Origin: a bacterium
GTDB taxonomy: Bacteria; Krumholzibacteriota; Krumholzibacteriia; G020349025
Assembly: GCA_031362565.1 (NCBI GenBank)
Contig: JANLSU010000073.1
Span: 64,001 to 128,000 of the forward strand
DNA: 64,000 nt
Direction: 5' to 3'
The translations under genes and the position numbers were made by a program. The stretch's first letter is position 1. The number at the start of each line of letters is the position of its first letter. This document shows positions 29,668 to 40,799 of this stretch, piece after piece. Below the pieces are notes generated by a model. It was not told the origin of the DNA. It worked only from the letters and a program-made list of their open reading frames with translations, and searched no databases.

Positions 29668-31248
29668 CTAGTGTGTGAGGATGTGAAGTTGGCGGTGAAA
29701 CGCGCGCTGGAATCGCTCGGCCAAAACCCGTGGCCGCCAGCCCCCGAGAACTTCAGAGTCGAGGCTGAGCGCCGCATCGGAGAGGCGGAAGCGGACCGCC
29801 AAGGGCAATGCCGGGACGCATCGCCGTTCGATCTCATCGGCCAAACGCAGCAAGATCGCCAGCTTGCGGACCAGTTGGCCGTCCTGTTCGAGAAGCGCGG
29901 CGCGGATCGTTTTCAGGTGGTTGGCCTCGTTGTCGGCTTGCATCAAGGTGGCGAACACCAGCGCGACGGTGCGCGGTGTGAAGCCTTGCAAGTCGGCCGC
30001 CGCCAGAATCATGGCGGCATTCCGGAAGCGGTCGAAGTAGTCGACGCTCCGTCCGATGTCGACCGACGTGCATACGAAGCGCAGCGTTTCGCGGACCTCT
30101 GGGTCGGATTCGGGTGCGAGGATATCCAGCAACCGTTCGGCGATCCGGGTCCGGCGGCGGGCCACCTCGTGGTTGTAAGTCGTGAAGCGCCGCATGAGCG
30201 CGGCAATGGACGCGGCGCGGACTTCGCGAGCTGGCGGCGGACCCTTCCCGAGGGTCGCAAGAGCGATTCCCTCGCGCAAACCCTGGCCGGAGGCCTGCAA
30301 GTGCTTGGCGCCGACGAAATCCATCGCGGCTTGAATCGTCACGAAGCCGCCGACGATCGAATCGGCGCGGTCGCGGCTCAATCCGGGCAGTGCACCGCGC
30401 GCCGCCTGGCCGAGCGCCGCGGTGCGCCGCGCGAGCGCCCGCACTTCGGCGCGCGTCAGGACAAAGCCGTGAATATGCGGCAGCGGATCGCGGCGCAGGC
30501 GCGCTTGCATCTTGGCCAGATTGCGAACGGTGCCGCCGGTGCCGATAAGCGTCTCGTCGTCCAGAAGCTTGGGGATGCCCGCCTTGCGCATGGTCTTCTC
30601 GACGTGGGCCCGCAAATGGCGCAATTCACCAGCGCTAGGTGGGTTCGAACGCAGGAAGCGGTCCGAGACGCGCAAGGCGCCGAGCGGCAGGCTCCACGTC
30701 TCGTGCAGTTTGCGGGCCCGAAACCGCGTCACTTCGAGGCTGCCGCCGCCCAAGTCGAAGAGCAGTCCGTTGTCCGCCGGCAGGCCATGAACGGCACCCA
30801 GGAAGGCGAACGTTGCTTCTCGCATGCCGTCGATGACCACGACCCGCAGCCCCAATTCGAGGCGGGCGCGTTCCACCAGTTCGTCGCCGTTCTTTGCTTC
30901 GCGCGCCGCCGAGGTGGCGACCGTCAGGATACTTGTCGCACCGGCGCCGAGGGCCACGGCGCGAAAATCGCGCAACGCCAACAAGGTGCGCTCCATGGCC
31001 ATCGGGCTGATGCGCCCCGAATGCGCGATCTCCCGCGCCAACCGCAACGGGGCGCGCGAATCCTCCAAAACGTCGAGGTGTCCGCTCGGGTGAATCTGCA
31101 TGACCGTGACGCGGCCGGAGTTCGACCCGATATCGATGACGGCGAGCGGCGGCGGCAGGCGTGGCGCTGCTCGCCGCGCGGTCGGGCGCCGTGGCGCCGC
31201 GCGCCGCGCGGGCTTGGAGGTGCGAGGACGCCGGGATCGGGACGACAC
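29668..31248 (-). CDS. ppx: Ppx/GppA exopolyphosphatase
   Basis: AVIDIGSNS, VATSAAREAKNG, REATFAFLG, DLGGGSLE, GTGGTVRNLA, RADSI, GLREG. GTG start after AAGGAG; divergent from phoB. Confidence 0.92.
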   Translation of the reverse strand: MSSRSRRPRTSKPARRAAPRRPTARRAAPRLPPPLAVIDIGSNSGRVTVMQIHPSGHLDVLEDSRAPLRLAREIAHSGRISPMAMERTLLALRDFRAVALGAGATSILTVATSAAREAKNGDELVERARLELGLRVVVIDGMREATFAFLGAVHGLPADNGLLFDLGGGSLEVTRFRARKLHETWSLPLGALRVSDRFLRSNPPSAGELRHLRAHVEKTMRKAGIPKLLDDETLIGTGGTVRNLAKMQARLRRDPLPHIHGFVLTRAEVRALARRTAALGQAARGALPGLSRDRADSIVGGFVTIQAAMDFVGAKHLQASGQGLREGIALATLGKGPPPAREVRAASIAALMRRFTTYNHEVARRRTRIAERLLDILAPESDPEVRETLRFVCTSVDIGRSVDYFDRFRNAAMILAAADLQGFTPRTVALVFATLMQADNEANHLKTIRAALLEQDGQLVRKLAILLRLADEIERRCVPALPLAVRFRLSDAALSLDSEVLGGWRPRVLAERFQRAFHRQLHILTH

Positions 31249-31349
31249 GCTGCGCGAACTCCTTGCACGATGAACGGCGGCGCTCTGGTCGCACGCCGCG
31301 CGCAGACTAGCACGCCGCGGCACGGAGGGCGAGCGGAGTTCGCATACGC

Positions 31350-31378
31350 TTGTCACATTGGCGGTCGCTGGCTATCCT
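31350..31378 (+). promoter_or_regulatory. sigma70-like promoter TTGTCA-N17-TATCCT for phoBR; TGTCACAT half-sites at 31351 and 31387
   Basis: Read directly from the sequence; spacing is exactly 17. Confidence 0.55.
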
Positions 31379-31433
31379 GCAACCCTGTCACATCGAGCCG
31401 CGAGTCTCGGTGCGCCACATCCGGAGGCCCCTT

Positions 31434-32120
31434 CTGAAGCGCAAGGTACTCATTGTCGACGACGAATCCGACATCGTGGAATTCGTCCAGTACAATCTCC
31501 GCAAGGAGATGTACGAAACGCTGTCCGCCGCGGACGGCCCCAAAGCACTGCAGATGGCGCGGCAGCACCATCCGGACTTGGTGCTGCTCGACCTCATGAT
31601 TCCCGGGATCGACGGCCTCGAGGTGTGCCGGGCCCTGAAGGCCGGCCGTGACACGGCCCACATCCCGATCATCATGCTGACCGCCAAAGGCGACGAAACG
31701 GATGTCGTCACCGGGCTCGAGATCGGCGCCGACGACTATGTGGCGAAGCCGTTCAGCATGCGGCTCCTGCTGGCACGCATGAAGGCGGTCCTGCGCCGGA
31801 GCGGGCGCTCCGAAGAGCCGGTGTCGGGAACGATGGTCAAGATGCATGGCCTGGCCATCGACAATGACCGTCACGAGGTCACCTTTGGGCCGCACCGGGT
31901 CCCGCTTACCTTGACCGAGTACAAGCTGCTACGTTTTTTGGCCCAGCACCCGGGACGGGTCTTTACACGGACGCAGATCTTGAACAACATCCAGGACGAG
32001 CACGTGATCGTGATCGACCGGGCCATCGACGTGCACGTCGCGGCGCTGCGCAAGAAGCTGGGCGACGCGGGGAAGTTCGTGGAAACGGTGCGCGGCGTCG
32101 GATACCGATTCAAAGACTGA
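31434..32120 (+). CDS. phoB: OmpR-family phosphate response regulator
   Basis: VLIVDDE, LLDLMIPGIDGLEVC, MLTAKGDE, GADDYVAKPFS, IDVHVAALRKKL, ETVRGVGYRF; next to phoR and pst. Start either GTG 31410 or CTG 31434 after GGAGG. Confidence 0.93.
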   Translation: MKRKVLIVDDESDIVEFVQYNLRKEMYETLSAADGPKALQMARQHHPDLVLLDLMIPGIDGLEVCRALKAGRDTAHIPIIMLTAKGDETDVVTGLEIGADDYVAKPFSMRLLLARMKAVLRRSGRSEEPVSGTMVKMHGLAIDNDRHEVTFGPHRVPLTLTEYKLLRFLAQHPGRVFTRTQILNNIQDEHVIVIDRAIDVHVAALRKKLGDAGKFVETVRGVGYRFKD

Positions 32121-32174
32121 ACGGTCGAGGGCGCGCTCGGGCGCGCCGGCAGCGCCACGCGGAGGGTTCTCCAC

Positions 32175-33980
32175 ATGCTCCGACGGCGGCTGCTCTGGAA
32201 GCTGTTCTTCAACTACAGCGTGGTGATTCTGTTCTGCTTGGCGCTGGTGGGCGGTGTTCTTCTGCACCGCGAGCGTGCCACGAACAGCGCCCAGCTCGAA
32301 GGCGATCTAGCCCAGCTCGCGCGCGCGCTGGACGAGCGCCTGGCGCCATCGATGGATCTCGCCCGCGGCGCCGCCGCCGACAGCCTGGCCAAGATCATCG
32401 GTGCACGCACCGGGACGCGCATCACCATCATCGCCCCCGGCGGCCAAGTCCTCGCGGACACCAACGTCGATCCGCGCGGCATGGAAAACCACCGCTTCCG
32501 CCCCGAAGTGCAGGCGGCGCTCGCCGGCGGCATCGGACACGACACGCGGCTCAGCAAGAGTGATTTCGCGCCGCACCTCTACGTCGCCATCCCGTCCGTG
32601 GAGCGGCCCGGCTGGGTCGTACGGGTCGCGATTCCGATGGACTCGTATCTGCGCCGCCTCCGTGAGTCGACATCGATTCTCGTCGTCGGCGGTATTGTCA
32701 CGGCGGCGCTGGCACTCCTTCTGGGATTCGTGTTCACGCGCCGCATTACCCGCCCCCTGGAGTCGATGGCGCGCGGACTCGAACGGCTCGAACGCGGTGA
32801 ATTCGGCGTGCGGCTCGACCCGGGTTCGGACGACGAGGTGGGCCAGCTGGCGCGTACCCTCAATCGTGTCGAAGAGCGCCTTGAAGCCACGATTGCGTCG
32901 CTGACGTCGCAGCGCAACGAACGCGAGGCCATCCTGGCGAGCATGGTCGAAGGTCTCATCGCCTTGGACGGCGACGACCGCGTCCTGGTGATGAACGCCG
33001 CCGCCCGCCAAGTGTTGGGTATCGCCGAAGGCGACGAAGAAGGCCGCATGCTGCTCGAAGTGGCGCGTTACCCACAGCTCGTCGCCTTCGTGCAACAAGT
33101 GCGGGAATCGGGCCGGCCGCTGGCGGTGGAACTCGTGGTGCGCGACCCGCGCCCGCGCTACCTGGATTTGCACGGTGCGCCGCTGCGCATGGGAGAGTCA
33201 TCGACCGGGGCCGTCGTCGTCTTCAACGACGTGACGCGGTTGCGCAAACTGGAGGAAGTCCGCAAGGAATTCGTCGCCAACGTGTCGCACGAACTCAAGA
33301 CGCCGATCACATCCATCAAAGGCTTCGTCGAGACTCTGCTGGATGGTGGCGCACTCGATGAACCGGAGAGCGCGCGGCGCTTCTTGACGATCATCGCGCG
33401 GCAGAGCGATCGTCTTGCATCGATCATCGACGATCTTCTGTACCTTTCCCGGCTCGAATACGAGGAGCGGAAGATCGCGCTCCAGCCGGTGGATCTGGCG
33501 CGTGTCATCGAGCATAGCGTCGCCAACTTCGAGCACGCGGCCGAAACCCGGCGGATCGACCTGCGCTTCGAGATCACGGCCGCGCACCCGTGGACGCTCG
33601 GCGACGGCAGCCTCCTGCTGCGCGCCGTCGACAACCTGGTGGACAACGCGCTCAAGTACAGTCCGCCGGGTGGGCGTGTCGACGTACAGCTCGCCGAGCG
33701 CGACGGCGAACTGCAAGTCGCCGTGCGCGACCAGGGCATCGGCATTCCCGACGAACACTTGCCGCGTATTTCGGAACGTTTCTACCGCGTCGACACGGCG
33801 CGCTCCCGCGAGCAGGGCGGCACCGGCCTCGGGCTCGCGATCGTCAAGCACATTGCCCGTGTCCACGCCGGCAACTTGCAGATTGAATCGCACCTTGGTA
33901 CCGGCAGTTGCTTCACCATCCGCCTTCCACACCGCGCTGACCCCGTCTGGCGCGACGAGCTCGACACGCCTGTTTCATGA
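32175..33980 (+). CDS. phoR: Phosphate sensor histidine kinase (HAMP-PAS-HisKA-HATPase)
   Basis: MENHRFRPEV, EFVANVSHELKTPITSIKGFVETL, NLVDNALKYS, ERFYRVD, GGTGLGLAIVKH. Confidence 0.93.
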   Translation: MLRRRLLWKLFFNYSVVILFCLALVGGVLLHRERATNSAQLEGDLAQLARALDERLAPSMDLARGAAADSLAKIIGARTGTRITIIAPGGQVLADTNVDPRGMENHRFRPEVQAALAGGIGHDTRLSKSDFAPHLYVAIPSVERPGWVVRVAIPMDSYLRRLRESTSILVVGGIVTAALALLLGFVFTRRITRPLESMARGLERLERGEFGVRLDPGSDDEVGQLARTLNRVEERLEATIASLTSQRNEREAILASMVEGLIALDGDDRVLVMNAAARQVLGIAEGDEEGRMLLEVARYPQLVAFVQQVRESGRPLAVELVVRDPRPRYLDLHGAPLRMGESSTGAVVVFNDVTRLRKLEEVRKEFVANVSHELKTPITSIKGFVETLLDGGALDEPESARRFLTIIARQSDRLASIIDDLLYLSRLEYEERKIALQPVDLARVIEHSVANFEHAAETRRIDLRFEITAAHPWTLGDGSLLLRAVDNLVDNALKYSPPGGRVDVQLAERDGELQVAVRDQGIGIPDEHLPRISERFYRVDTARSREQGGTGLGLAIVKHIARVHAGNLQIESHLGTGSCFTIRLPHRADPVWRDELDTPVS

Positions 33981-34000
33981 AGATTGTTCAAAGAATCAGT

Positions 34001-34025
34001 CACCCTTAACGTGATCTTAATCGTT
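34001..34025 (+). promoter_or_regulatory. Candidate Pho box: CTTAA-N6-CTTAA upstream of pstS
   Basis: CTTAA at 34005 and 34016 (11-bp period) in an AT-rich patch. Confidence 0.5.
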
Positions 34026-34116
34026 TCCGACGATCCTAGAGAACGAGGCAAGCGGGGTCGAAGGTGGTCACGGAACCACCGACGGTTGGCCCCGCCGCCG
34101 GTTCTCTCCAAGGAGG

Positions 34117-35124
34117 ATGTCCGTGAAACGACTCACGTCCAGCGCCGCGCTTCTCGCCCTGGCGATCGGATTCGGCCAGACCGCAGCGCGTGCGGACGAA
34201 GCCGTCCAGGTCGACCCCACGATTCCGGCCTACAAGAAGGTTCAGGGAATCTCGGGAAATCTCTCCGCCATTGGTTCCGACACCATGAACAACCTGATGA
34301 CGTTGTGGGCGGAAGGCTTCAAGAAGTTCTATCCCAGTGTCAGCATCCAGGTCGAAGGCAAAGGCTCGAGTACGGCGCCGCCGGCCCTCATCGAGGGAAC
34401 GGCGCAATTCGGCCCGATGTCGCGCGACATGAAGGCCGAGGAATCCGACGCCTTCGAGAAAAAATACGGCTTCAAGCCGACGCGGTTGCGCACCTGCCTG
34501 GATGCGCTCGCAGTGTATGTTCACAAGGACAATCCGCTCAAGTCGATGACGCTCGCCCAGGCCGACGCGATTTTCTCGAAGACGCGCAAGTTGGGTGCCG
34601 CCGAAGACATCACGACTTGGGGACAGTTGGGCCTGACGGGTGAATGGGCCCGCAAGCCAGTGAGCCTGTACGGACGCAACTCGGCATCCGGTACATACGG
34701 TTACTTCAAGGACCACGTTCTGCTGAAGGGCGACTTCAAAGACACGGTCAAGGAGCAGCCCGGGTCGGCATCCGTCGTGCAAGGCGTCACCGAGGATCAG
34801 TTCGGAATCGGCTATAGCGGTTGCGGCTACAAGACTTCGGGCGTCAAAGCACTGGCGCTGGCCAAGGACGCTAAGTCGCAGCCGGTCGACGGCCACTACG
34901 AAAACTTGCTCGCCAACACCTATCCGCTGAGCCGTTACCTGAACCTGTACGTGGCAAAGGAACCCGGCAAGCCGCTGGACCCAGTGCGCCGTGAATTCGT
35001 GCGCTTCGTGTTCAGCAAGGAAGGCCAGGAAATCGTCGTCAAGGACGGTTACTTCCCGCTGCCGCCGGCAACTGCGGCTCTGGAACTGAAGCAGATCGAA
35101 GACGGAGCCGCGGCCGGGAACTGA
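34117..35124 (+). CDS. pstS: Phosphate ABC transporter substrate-binding protein
   Basis: GSDTMNNL, GKGSSTAPPAL, PMSR, YGRNSASGTYGYFK, YPLSRYL. Confidence 0.96.
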   Translation: MSVKRLTSSAALLALAIGFGQTAARADEAVQVDPTIPAYKKVQGISGNLSAIGSDTMNNLMTLWAEGFKKFYPSVSIQVEGKGSSTAPPALIEGTAQFGPMSRDMKAEESDAFEKKYGFKPTRLRTCLDALAVYVHKDNPLKSMTLAQADAIFSKTRKLGAAEDITTWGQLGLTGEWARKPVSLYGRNSASGTYGYFKDHVLLKGDFKDTVKEQPGSASVVQGVTEDQFGIGYSGCGYKTSGVKALALAKDAKSQPVDGHYENLLANTYPLSRYLNLYVAKEPGKPLDPVRREFVRFVFSKEGQEIVVKDGYFPLPPATAALELKQIEDGAAAGN

Positions 35125-35154
35125 CCCGAAGGCTTCGATTGTTACGAATCGCAC

Positions 35155-35185
35155 CGGGGCGGGGCGGCCAAGCCGCTTCGCCCCG
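35155..35185 (+). other. Stem-loop between pstS and pstC (mRNA-stabilising or attenuating)
   Basis: CGGGGCGGGGCGGC-CAA-GCCGCTTCGCCCCG. Confidence 0.55.
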
Positions 35186-35204
35186 TGTGTTACACGGGAG
35201 CCGC

Positions 35205-37520
35205 ATGCGCCGGAGACTCGAAGCGTCCCCGCAGACTTGGAATCGCCTCGCCCGGTGGGTGATCACTTCGGGCGGCGTCCTGCTCATTCTCGCCGTGCTG
35301 GCCATTGTCGCCTTCATTGCCCGCGAAGCCTTCCCATTGTTCGGCAAGTCGCACGTCACCGCCGAGGATTCCCGTTCGCCGGCGGTTCGCTCTTCGGCGC
35401 TCGCGGCCGGCATCGACGACGACCGTGACCTTGCGTTCGAAGTGCATCCCCATGCCACGGTGTTCTTCCGCATTGCCGACGGCGAGACGATCACCACGCG
35501 GCCGCACCCGTTCGGCAACGGCGTGGCTGCGACTTGTGCGCGCTTCGACGCGCGCCGCGGAGCGCTCGTGCTGGGCAGCGCCGATGGCCGGGTTGCGTAC
35601 GGCAACGCCGAATTCGACGTGCGCTGGGACGGCGAGAAGCGTGTCGTGGTGCCGGCGTTGCGTTGGCGCGGAACGGCGGTACTGGATTCGACGGGCGCGG
35701 GGCTCGAGGATGCGACGGGCGACCGTGACGAAGACGGGCGGCTGGCGTTTGTCGGGCGCACCACACCGGGCCATGTGCGTTACGTGGCGACCGACGAATC
35801 AGGTACTCCCACGGGCCGGTTGGATCTCACCCCACAGGTTGGTTCGGTACCCGCAACGAGCTTGCTCTTGTCGTTGCACGCGGCGTTGCTCGCGGTGGGA
35901 TCGGCGGACGGCACGGTGTATGTGTGGCAGCTCGGTGATCCCGCGGCGCCGCATCTCGAGGACCATATCCGCGTGACGCCGGATACCATTACAGCATTGG
36001 GGCTGCTCCTTGGTGATCAGACTCTTGTTGCCGGGACATCGCGAGGCGACATCTCGAGCTGGCTGCGGGTGCGCTATGTCATCGCCAAGAATGAAAGCGA
36101 GGTCCCGGTCCGCGTCGACCAACAGATGCTGGCGCCGGGCCAAGAGGCAACCATGCTCGATCGCGACTACGGCCGGCGCCTTGGGCACATCCCCGGGCTC
36201 CGATTCCGCACTGCCGGCCAGCCGTGGACCCACGTGCACGACTTCGGACGCCATCCCGGCCCGATTGTCGCAATCGCCGCCGGGCCGCGCGGTCGGACGT
36301 TCGTAACCGCGGACGCATTGGGCCACTTGCGCCTCCAACATGCAACGACCTGCCGCACCCTCGTCGAAGTCGTGGTCGATGGCACCGAGCCGCGCGCTCC
36401 GGCCTTCGCGCCCAAGGGCAATGGACTCGCGGCGCTCTCGGACGGCCAGCGACTGCATGTCTGGGGTGTCGAGAATCCACATCCCGAAACAACCGTCGCT
36501 TCGCTCTTCCGTCCGACGTGGTACGAAGGCTACGCGGAACCCAAACATGTTTGGCAGTCGACCGGCGGCAGCGACGAGTTCGAACCCAAGCTCGGACTCG
36601 TGCCGTTGCTCGTGGGAACGCTCAAGGGCACGTTCTATGCGCTGCTCTTCTCGGTGCCGATCGCGGTGTTCGCGGCGCTCTATCTCTCGCAACTCGCTTC
36701 GCCGGGACTTCGCACCGCGGTCAAGCCCATCATCGAGCTGATGGCCGCAATGCCGAGCGTGGTGGTGGGGTTCTTGGCAGCGCTGTGGCTGGCGCCGTTG
36801 ATCGAGAGCCACCTGGGTGCGACGGCGGGGGCGCTGGGTGGATTGCCGCTCGGCCTCGTGCTCGCGGTCGCGGCGTGGTACGCGCTGCCGCGACGGATGC
36901 GGCTCGCCGCGCGCCCCGGCGTTGAACTCGCGTTCCTGGTGCCCTTTCTCCTCGGCGCCGTGTGGGCCGGTGCGAGCGCTGGTGGCCCGCTCGAAGCGGC
37001 GTGGTTCGGCGGCGATTTGAAGCAGTGGCTCTTCGACCGTCACGGCATTACGTACGACCAACGCAATTGCATCGTGGTTGGCATCGCGCTCGGTTTCGCG
37101 ATCATTCCGATCATCTTCACGATCTCCGAGGATGCGATGGCGGCCGTGCCGCCGTCGCTGCGCACCGCGGCGTTGGCGCTGGGGGCAAGCCGCTGGCAGT
37201 CGGCGCTGCACATCGTGTTGCCGGCCGCGAGCCCCGGAATTTTTGCCGCGGTGATGCTGGGGCTGGGGCGCGCCATCGGCGAGACGATGATCGTGCTCAT
37301 GGCGACCGGCAATACACCCATCTTGGATTTCTCGCCGTTCAATGGCATGCGCACCATGTCGGCCGGCATCGCCGTCGAAATTCCCGAGGCGCCGCATGGT
37401 GGCACTCTGTATCGCGTTTTGTTCTTGACCGGATTCCTCCTCTTCACATTCACATTCTTGCTCAACACCGTCGCGGACGTCGTAAGCCGCAGGCTGAGGA
37501 AACGCTATGGCCAGTTCTAG
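35205..37520 (+). CDS. pstC: Phosphate ABC transporter permease with large periplasmic WD40-like domain
   Basis: VWQSTGGSDEFEPKL, GTLKGTFYA, KPIIELMAAMPSVVVGF, EDAMAAVP, GRAIGETMIVLMATGN. Confidence 0.93.
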   Translation: MRRRLEASPQTWNRLARWVITSGGVLLILAVLAIVAFIAREAFPLFGKSHVTAEDSRSPAVRSSALAAGIDDDRDLAFEVHPHATVFFRIADGETITTRPHPFGNGVAATCARFDARRGALVLGSADGRVAYGNAEFDVRWDGEKRVVVPALRWRGTAVLDSTGAGLEDATGDRDEDGRLAFVGRTTPGHVRYVATDESGTPTGRLDLTPQVGSVPATSLLLSLHAALLAVGSADGTVYVWQLGDPAAPHLEDHIRVTPDTITALGLLLGDQTLVAGTSRGDISSWLRVRYVIAKNESEVPVRVDQQMLAPGQEATMLDRDYGRRLGHIPGLRFRTAGQPWTHVHDFGRHPGPIVAIAAGPRGRTFVTADALGHLRLQHATTCRTLVEVVVDGTEPRAPAFAPKGNGLAALSDGQRLHVWGVENPHPETTVASLFRPTWYEGYAEPKHVWQSTGGSDEFEPKLGLVPLLVGTLKGTFYALLFSVPIAVFAALYLSQLASPGLRTAVKPIIELMAAMPSVVVGFLAALWLAPLIESHLGATAGALGGLPLGLVLAVAAWYALPRRMRLAARPGVELAFLVPFLLGAVWAGASAGGPLEAAWFGGDLKQWLFDRHGITYDQRNCIVVGIALGFAIIPIIFTISEDAMAAVPPSLRTAALALGASRWQSALHIVLPAASPGIFAAVMLGLGRAIGETMIVLMATGNTPILDFSPFNGMRTMSAGIAVEIPEAPHGGTLYRVLFLTGFLLFTFTFLLNTVADVVSRRLRKRYGQF

Positions 37521-39246
37521 TGTTCAGCCCGCCAGACCGGCCGGCAGTGCGGCGGCACCGCACGCCATGACGGCGCCTGAGCCGGCGCCGCCGGGCGGCA
37601 ACCAGGCGCGGCGCCGATTGCATGTGACGCGCGACGGCTGGCTCGACTTTCGCCGCCAAGGCATCCCGGCGGTCTGGTCCACGGGTGCCATGGTGCTGCT
37701 CATCTTGATGTTGGTCGTGGGGATGATCGCCCTCGTGCTGTCGCAAGGCCTGCGACATTTTTGGCCGTCGGCCATGGTGCAAGTGACCGCGTCCGACGGC
37801 ACCGTACTCGGTCCCATCATGGAACACGAGGTCCTGGCGGCACGCCGCGGCGACCCGGCTCGCGATCGCATCCTGCTCAAGATCGGCAATCGCGACATCA
37901 ACGGGCTCGACTTCAAGTGGTTCGACACGAGCGCGATTCAAGCGCGCAGCGCGCCCGCTGCTGCCGTGGTGGTCGAGCGGCGCGAGCATGGCGACTTCCA
38001 TGGTTACTTACGCCGGATCCTGCGGGACCAATCGGTCGTGGCGGATAGCACGGCTGCCTGGGGCGCGCTCGCACAACAGATGTCGCAAGTACGGGACGAA
38101 ACGCGGGCGCTGGAGAAAATCGATGCGGCGCTCGAGAAACTCCAGGCGCCGGCGGTGCGATTGGAAGCACAACGCGACCTGGCGCGCCGGCGCCATGCGC
38201 CCGACATCGGTGCGATCGAGACACGTCTCGAAGCCGAACGGCACAGAACCGCGGCGCGCACTGCGCAACTGGAGGCGGAGCGCGACGCGCAGGCCGCCCG
38301 CCTCGCGGGACGCGTCGCCATCTTCGCCACTGCCGACGGAGCGGAAAAGACGCTGCGTCTCGACACCATCGTACGCGCCTACCGGCCGAACGCCATGAGC
38401 CTGCCGCGCAAAGTCCAACACTACGCCGCCAAGTTGGTGGAATTCGTGTTCACCGGGCCGCGGGAATCGAACACCGAAGGTGGCATCCTGCCGGCGCTCT
38501 TCGGCACCTTCCTCATGGTGGTCCTGATGACGATCGTGGTGGTGCCCTTGGGCGTCATCGCCGCGCTGTATCTGCACGAGTATGCCAAGCAAGGTCCGGT
38601 GTTGCGGGCGGTGCGGCTTGCCGTCAGCAACCTGGCGGGCGTACCGTCCATCGTCTTCGGGATGTTCGGTCTCGCCTTCTTCGTGTATGGCGTCGGCGGA
38701 TTCCTCGATCGGACATTCTTCGCGGCGTCGCTTCCCAACCCGACGTTCGGGACCGGCGGTGTGCTGTGGGCGTCACTGACGCTGTCGCTGCTGACTCTGC
38801 CAGTGGTGATTGTCGCGACGGAGGAAGGCTTGAGTTCGGTGCCGCGCGCCAACCGCGAGGGCTCGCTCGCCCGCGGCGCCACCCAGTGGCAGACGTTGCG
38901 CCATGTCGTGCTGCCGAATGCGCTGCCCGGGATCTTGACGGGCTTGATCCTTGCAGTCAGCCGCGGCGCCGGCGAAGTCGCCCCGCTCATGCTGACGGGA
39001 GTCGTCAAACTGGCACCGGATTTGGCGGTCGATGCCACCGCGCCGTTCATCCACCTGGAACGCAAGTTCATGCACCTGGGATTCCATATCTACGACGTGT
39101 CGATGCAATCGCCGAATGTCGAGGCCGCGAAGCCGATGGTTTATACGACGACGTTGTTGCTGCTCGTGCTGGTGGTGGCGTTGAACGCCTCCGCCATCGT
39201 CATGCGCAACCGGATGCGCCGTCGCTACCGTGGAGCTGCATTGTGA
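37507..39246 (+). CDS. pstA: Phosphate ABC transporter permease with periplasmic coiled-coil insert
   Basis: [54 protein letters not shown]. Confidence 0.94.
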   Translation: MASSSVQPARPAGSAAAPHAMTAPEPAPPGGNQARRRLHVTRDGWLDFRRQGIPAVWSTGAMVLLILMLVVGMIALVLSQGLRHFWPSAMVQVTASDGTVLGPIMEHEVLAARRGDPARDRILLKIGNRDINGLDFKWFDTSAIQARSAPAAAVVVERREHGDFHGYLRRILRDQSVVADSTAAWGALAQQMSQVRDETRALEKIDAALEKLQAPAVRLEAQRDLARRRHAPDIGAIETRLEAERHRTAARTAQLEAERDAQAARLAGRVAIFATADGAEKTLRLDTIVRAYRPNAMSLPRKVQHYAAKLVEFVFTGPRESNTEGGILPALFGTFLMVVLMTIVVVPLGVIAALYLHEYAKQGPVLRAVRLAVSNLAGVPSIVFGMFGLAFFVYGVGGFLDRTFFAASLPNPTFGTGGVLWASLTLSLLTLPVVIVATEEGLSSVPRANREGSLARGATQWQTLRHVVLPNALPGILTGLILAVSRGAGEVAPLMLTGVVKLAPDLAVDATAPFIHLERKFMHLGFHIYDVSMQSPNVEAAKPMVYTTTLLLLVLVVALNASAIVMRNRMRRRYRGAAL

Positions 39247-40094
39247 ACGCCGAAGAGACACCGGCCGGCGCCGCGAATGGCGCTTTGTCCGCTGCACCCG
39301 AAGCCGGAACCGCCGCCGCCGTGCCGGGCGTGAACGCCGAGTCGTGGGCCGTGGAAGCACGGGCGCTGCGCTTTTACTACGGCCCGTCGCTGGCGCTCAA
39401 GGGCATCGACATTCAGATTCCGCGCAATCAGGTCACGGCGTTCATCGGGCCGTCCGGCTGCGGCAAATCGACCCTGCTGCGCTGCTTCAACCGCATGAAC
39501 GACCTGATCGAACACTCGCGAGTCGAGGGCCAGGTGCTGGTGGATGGCGAGGATATCTACCACCGCGACATGCAGATGGAAGCGCTGCGCAAGCGTGTCG
39601 GCATGGTGTTCCAGAAGTCGAACCCGTTTCCGATGAGTATCTACGAGAACCTCACCTTCGGACCGCGGATGCGCGGCATTCGCAACCGGACGGCGCTCGA
39701 CGGCATCGTGGAGCACGCGCTCAAACGCGCCGACCTATGGCGCGAGGTGAAGGACCGGCTCAAGGACTCGGCGCTCGCGCTCTCCGGCGGCCAGCAGCAG
39801 CGGCTGTGTATCGCACGCACGCTCGCCAACGAACCGGAGATCGTTCTCATGGACGAGCCGGCCTCGGCACTCGACCCCATCTCGACCGGCAAGATCGAAG
39901 AAACCATTCACGAGCTGAAGCAGGAGTACACGATCATCATCGTGACGCACAACATGCAGCAGGCGGCGCGTTGTTCGGACTTGACCGCGTTCTTCTACTT
40001 GGGCGAACTTATCGAGATGGATCGCACCGAGCGTATCTTCAGCGGGCCGTCCAAGAAGGAAACCGAAGACTATGTGACCGGGAAGTTCGGATGA
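39243..40094 (+). CDS. pstB: Phosphate ABC transporter ATPase
   Basis: [56 protein letters not shown] overlap with pstA. Confidence 0.97.
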   Translation: MNAEETPAGAANGALSAAPEAGTAAAVPGVNAESWAVEARALRFYYGPSLALKGIDIQIPRNQVTAFIGPSGCGKSTLLRCFNRMNDLIEHSRVEGQVLVDGEDIYHRDMQMEALRKRVGMVFQKSNPFPMSIYENLTFGPRMRGIRNRTALDGIVEHALKRADLWREVKDRLKDSALALSGGQQQRLCIARTLANEPEIVLMDEPASALDPISTGKIEETIHELKQEYTIIIVTHNMQQAARCSDLTAFFYLGELIEMDRTERIFSGPSKKETEDYVTGKFG

Positions 40095-40122
40095 GCGTGT
40101 CGACCAAGGGGCGGTGCAGGCG

Positions 40123-40779
40123 ATGAAGCGGCATTTTGAACGCGAAATGGACCATCTGAAGGCGCGGCTGCTGCACATGGGGGCTACGGTGGAGGATCTG
40201 GTCGCGCGGTCCATTCAAGCGCTGACGGAGCGCAACCGGGAACTCGCCCTGGAAGCCATCGCGCTGGAGCGCGAAATCGACCAGCAGGAAATTCAGATCG
40301 AGGAAGAGTGCCTGAAGCTGCTGGCGCTGTATCAGCCGGTGGCCGGCGATCTGCGCTTCGTGACCGCCGTCCTGAAGATCAACAATGACTTGGAGCGCAT
40401 GGGCGATCTCGGATTTCACATCGCCGAGCGCGCCCTCGTTCTGTGTGACCACAAGGATGTGCGCCTGCCGGTCGATCTGCGAAACATGGCGGCGGCCGTG
40501 CAGCGCATGCTGCGCATGTCACTCGACGCCCTCGTGAACCAGGACGCGGAGATCGCCGCACTCGTCATCGCGGCCGACGCCGAGGTGGACGCCTATCATC
40601 ATGAGATGTACCCAATGATCGCGCGCCAGGTGAAGATCGCGCCGGATTCGACCGAGGTGCTGCTGCACGTGCTCTCGGCGTCGCGCCACTTGGAACGGAT
40701 CGCCGACTACGCGACCAATGTCGCGGAGGATGTCGTGTATCTGGTGCGCGGCGAAATCATCCGCCACCGGCAGGACTGA
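40123..40779 (+). CDS. phoU: Phosphate signalling protein PhoU
   Basis: QPVAGDLR, DLERMGD, LERIADYATNVAEDVVYLVRGEIIRH. Confidence 0.96.
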   Translation: MKRHFEREMDHLKARLLHMGATVEDLVARSIQALTERNRELALEAIALEREIDQQEIQIEEECLKLLALYQPVAGDLRFVTAVLKINNDLERMGDLGFHIAERALVLCDHKDVRLPVDLRNMAAAVQRMLRMSLDALVNQDAEIAALVIAADAEVDAYHHEMYPMIARQVKIAPDSTEVLLHVLSASRHLERIADYATNVAEDVVYLVRGEIIRHRQD

Positions 40780-40799
40780 CGCCGCGCATTCCAACGCAG

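Noticed and set aside
38766..39242. N-terminal extension of pstB in the ORF track
   Set aside because: Overlaps pstA; the GTGA-coupled start at 39243 is more plausible.
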